The notes under the pieces are model-generated. The model searched no databases and had not been told where the DNA came from. It worked only from the letters and a program-made list of their open reading frames with translations. A stretch of DNA of 22,138 nucleotides from NCBI GenBank assembly GCA_016748015.1, contig JAAOMT010000392.1, positions 25,242-47,379 of the forward strand. Direction: 5' to 3'. The translations under genes were made by a program, and so were the position numbers. Shown here piece after piece: positions 20,978 to 22,138 of the stretch. How positions within the stretch are numbered: the stretch's first letter is position 1; each line of letters begins with the position of its first letter. The stretch is from Geosiphon pyriformis uo1. Its lineage: Eukaryota > Fungi > Glomeromycota.

Positions 20978-21389
20978 CTATATTACAATATAATATTATT
21001 ATCTACCAGTAATATTCTACAACTGGAAGCACAATAAATACTAGTCCAATCAGATAAGATTCTATGAGATCTGCAACCAATTATAATTATTGATATAAAC
21101 ATGTCAAAGTAATCAATCCAAAATAATATAAAAAGACATAATATATGTGACAAAAGCAACAACAAAAAATAAAAATTCCAGACCACATCTACTTAATGGT
21201 TCAAAAATTATTTTAAGCTGTAAATTAACAACAATTGGATATAAAAATTGTTATTAATTACCAAAAAATCTGCTATTAGAACACCAAAAAAGGAAAAAAA
21301 CCAAAAAATACGTTATATCAGCAACCACTAAACTTAACAAAACATTGGTTAGATAAAATAATAAAAAAAGTAAAAAATACTTTTGGAAA
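20978..21389 (+). mobile_element. Fragment of a third A-family element (integrase C-terminus and ORF3 N-terminus)
   Basis: Collinear with 19287-19697 (LQPIIIID vs LEPIIIID; IKIPDHIYLMVQKLF vs IKILDHIYTLAQQLF); runs into the gap. Confidence 0.88.
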
Positions 21390-22056
21390 NNNNNNNNNNN
21401 NNNNNNNNNNNNNNNNNNNNNNNNNNNNNNNNNNNNNNNNNNNNNNNNNNNNNNNNNNNNNNNNNNNNNNNNNNNNNNNNNNNNNNNNNNNNNNNNNNNN
21501 NNNNNNNNNNNNNNNNNNNNNNNNNNNNNNNNNNNNNNNNNNNNNNNNNNNNNNNNNNNNNNNNNNNNNNNNNNNNNNNNNNNNNNNNNNNNNNNNNNNN
21601 NNNNNNNNNNNNNNNNNNNNNNNNNNNNNNNNNNNNNNNNNNNNNNNNNNNNNNNNNNNNNNNNNNNNNNNNNNNNNNNNNNNNNNNNNNNNNNNNNNNN
21701 NNNNNNNNNNNNNNNNNNNNNNNNNNNNNNNNNNNNNNNNNNNNNNNNNNNNNNNNNNNNNNNNNNNNNNNNNNNNNNNNNNNNNNNNNNNNNNNNNNNN
21801 NNNNNNNNNNNNNNNNNNNNNNNNNNNNNNNNNNNNNNNNNNNNNNNNNNNNNNNNNNNNNNNNNNNNNNNNNNNNNNNNNNNNNNNNNNNNNNNNNNNN
21901 NNNNNNNNNNNNNNNNNNNNNNNNNNNNNNNNNNNNNNNNNNNNNNNNNNNNNNNNNNNNNNNNNNNNNNNNNNNNNNNNNNNNNNNNNNNNNNNNNNNN
22001 NNNNNNNNNNNNNNNNNNNNNNNNNNNNNNNNNNNNNNNNNNNNNNNNNTCTCACT

Positions 22057-22058
<2 letters not shown>

Positions 22059-22128
<70 letters not shown>
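22059..22128. repeat. (CA)35 microsatellite
   Basis: Perfect CA repeat next to the assembly gap. Confidence 0.97.
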
Positions 22129-22134
<6 letters not shown>

Positions 22135-22138
22135 ACAA

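Noticed and set aside
21318-22133. Long VC-repeat ORFs
   Set aside because: Artefact of the (CA)n microsatellite plus the N gap.

Overview
AT-rich eukaryotic DNA with three assembly gaps (410-1089, 3537-3614, 21390-22049). The protein style suggests a Glomeromycotina fungus, possibly Geosiphon pyriformis; this is recalled resemblance, not a verified assignment. Almost the whole window is a nest of decayed Ty3/Gypsy LTR retrotransposons. Element B (5724-15538, minus strand) is structurally complete: two ~980-bp LTRs, PBS, PPT and a 4-bp ATGA target-site duplication. It sits inside the gag-pol frame of a related element A (~2251-20977, plus strand, 5' LTR truncated). A's 3' LTR abuts a third fragment of the A family (20978-21389). 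A and B share an unusual layout: Gag(CCHC) - protease - ~210-aa Cys-rich domain - dUTPase - degenerate second dUTPase-like domain - RT - RNase H - integrase (no chromodomain) - a separate ~225-240-aa ORF in the env position that is homologous between them and is not Env-like. Both LTR pairs differ almost only by C/T and G/A transitions (hand counts ~57:4 and ~45:1 transitions:transversions), in many non-CpG contexts and independently in each copy. This points to a post-insertion, RIP-like hypermutation process. No intact host gene was found.
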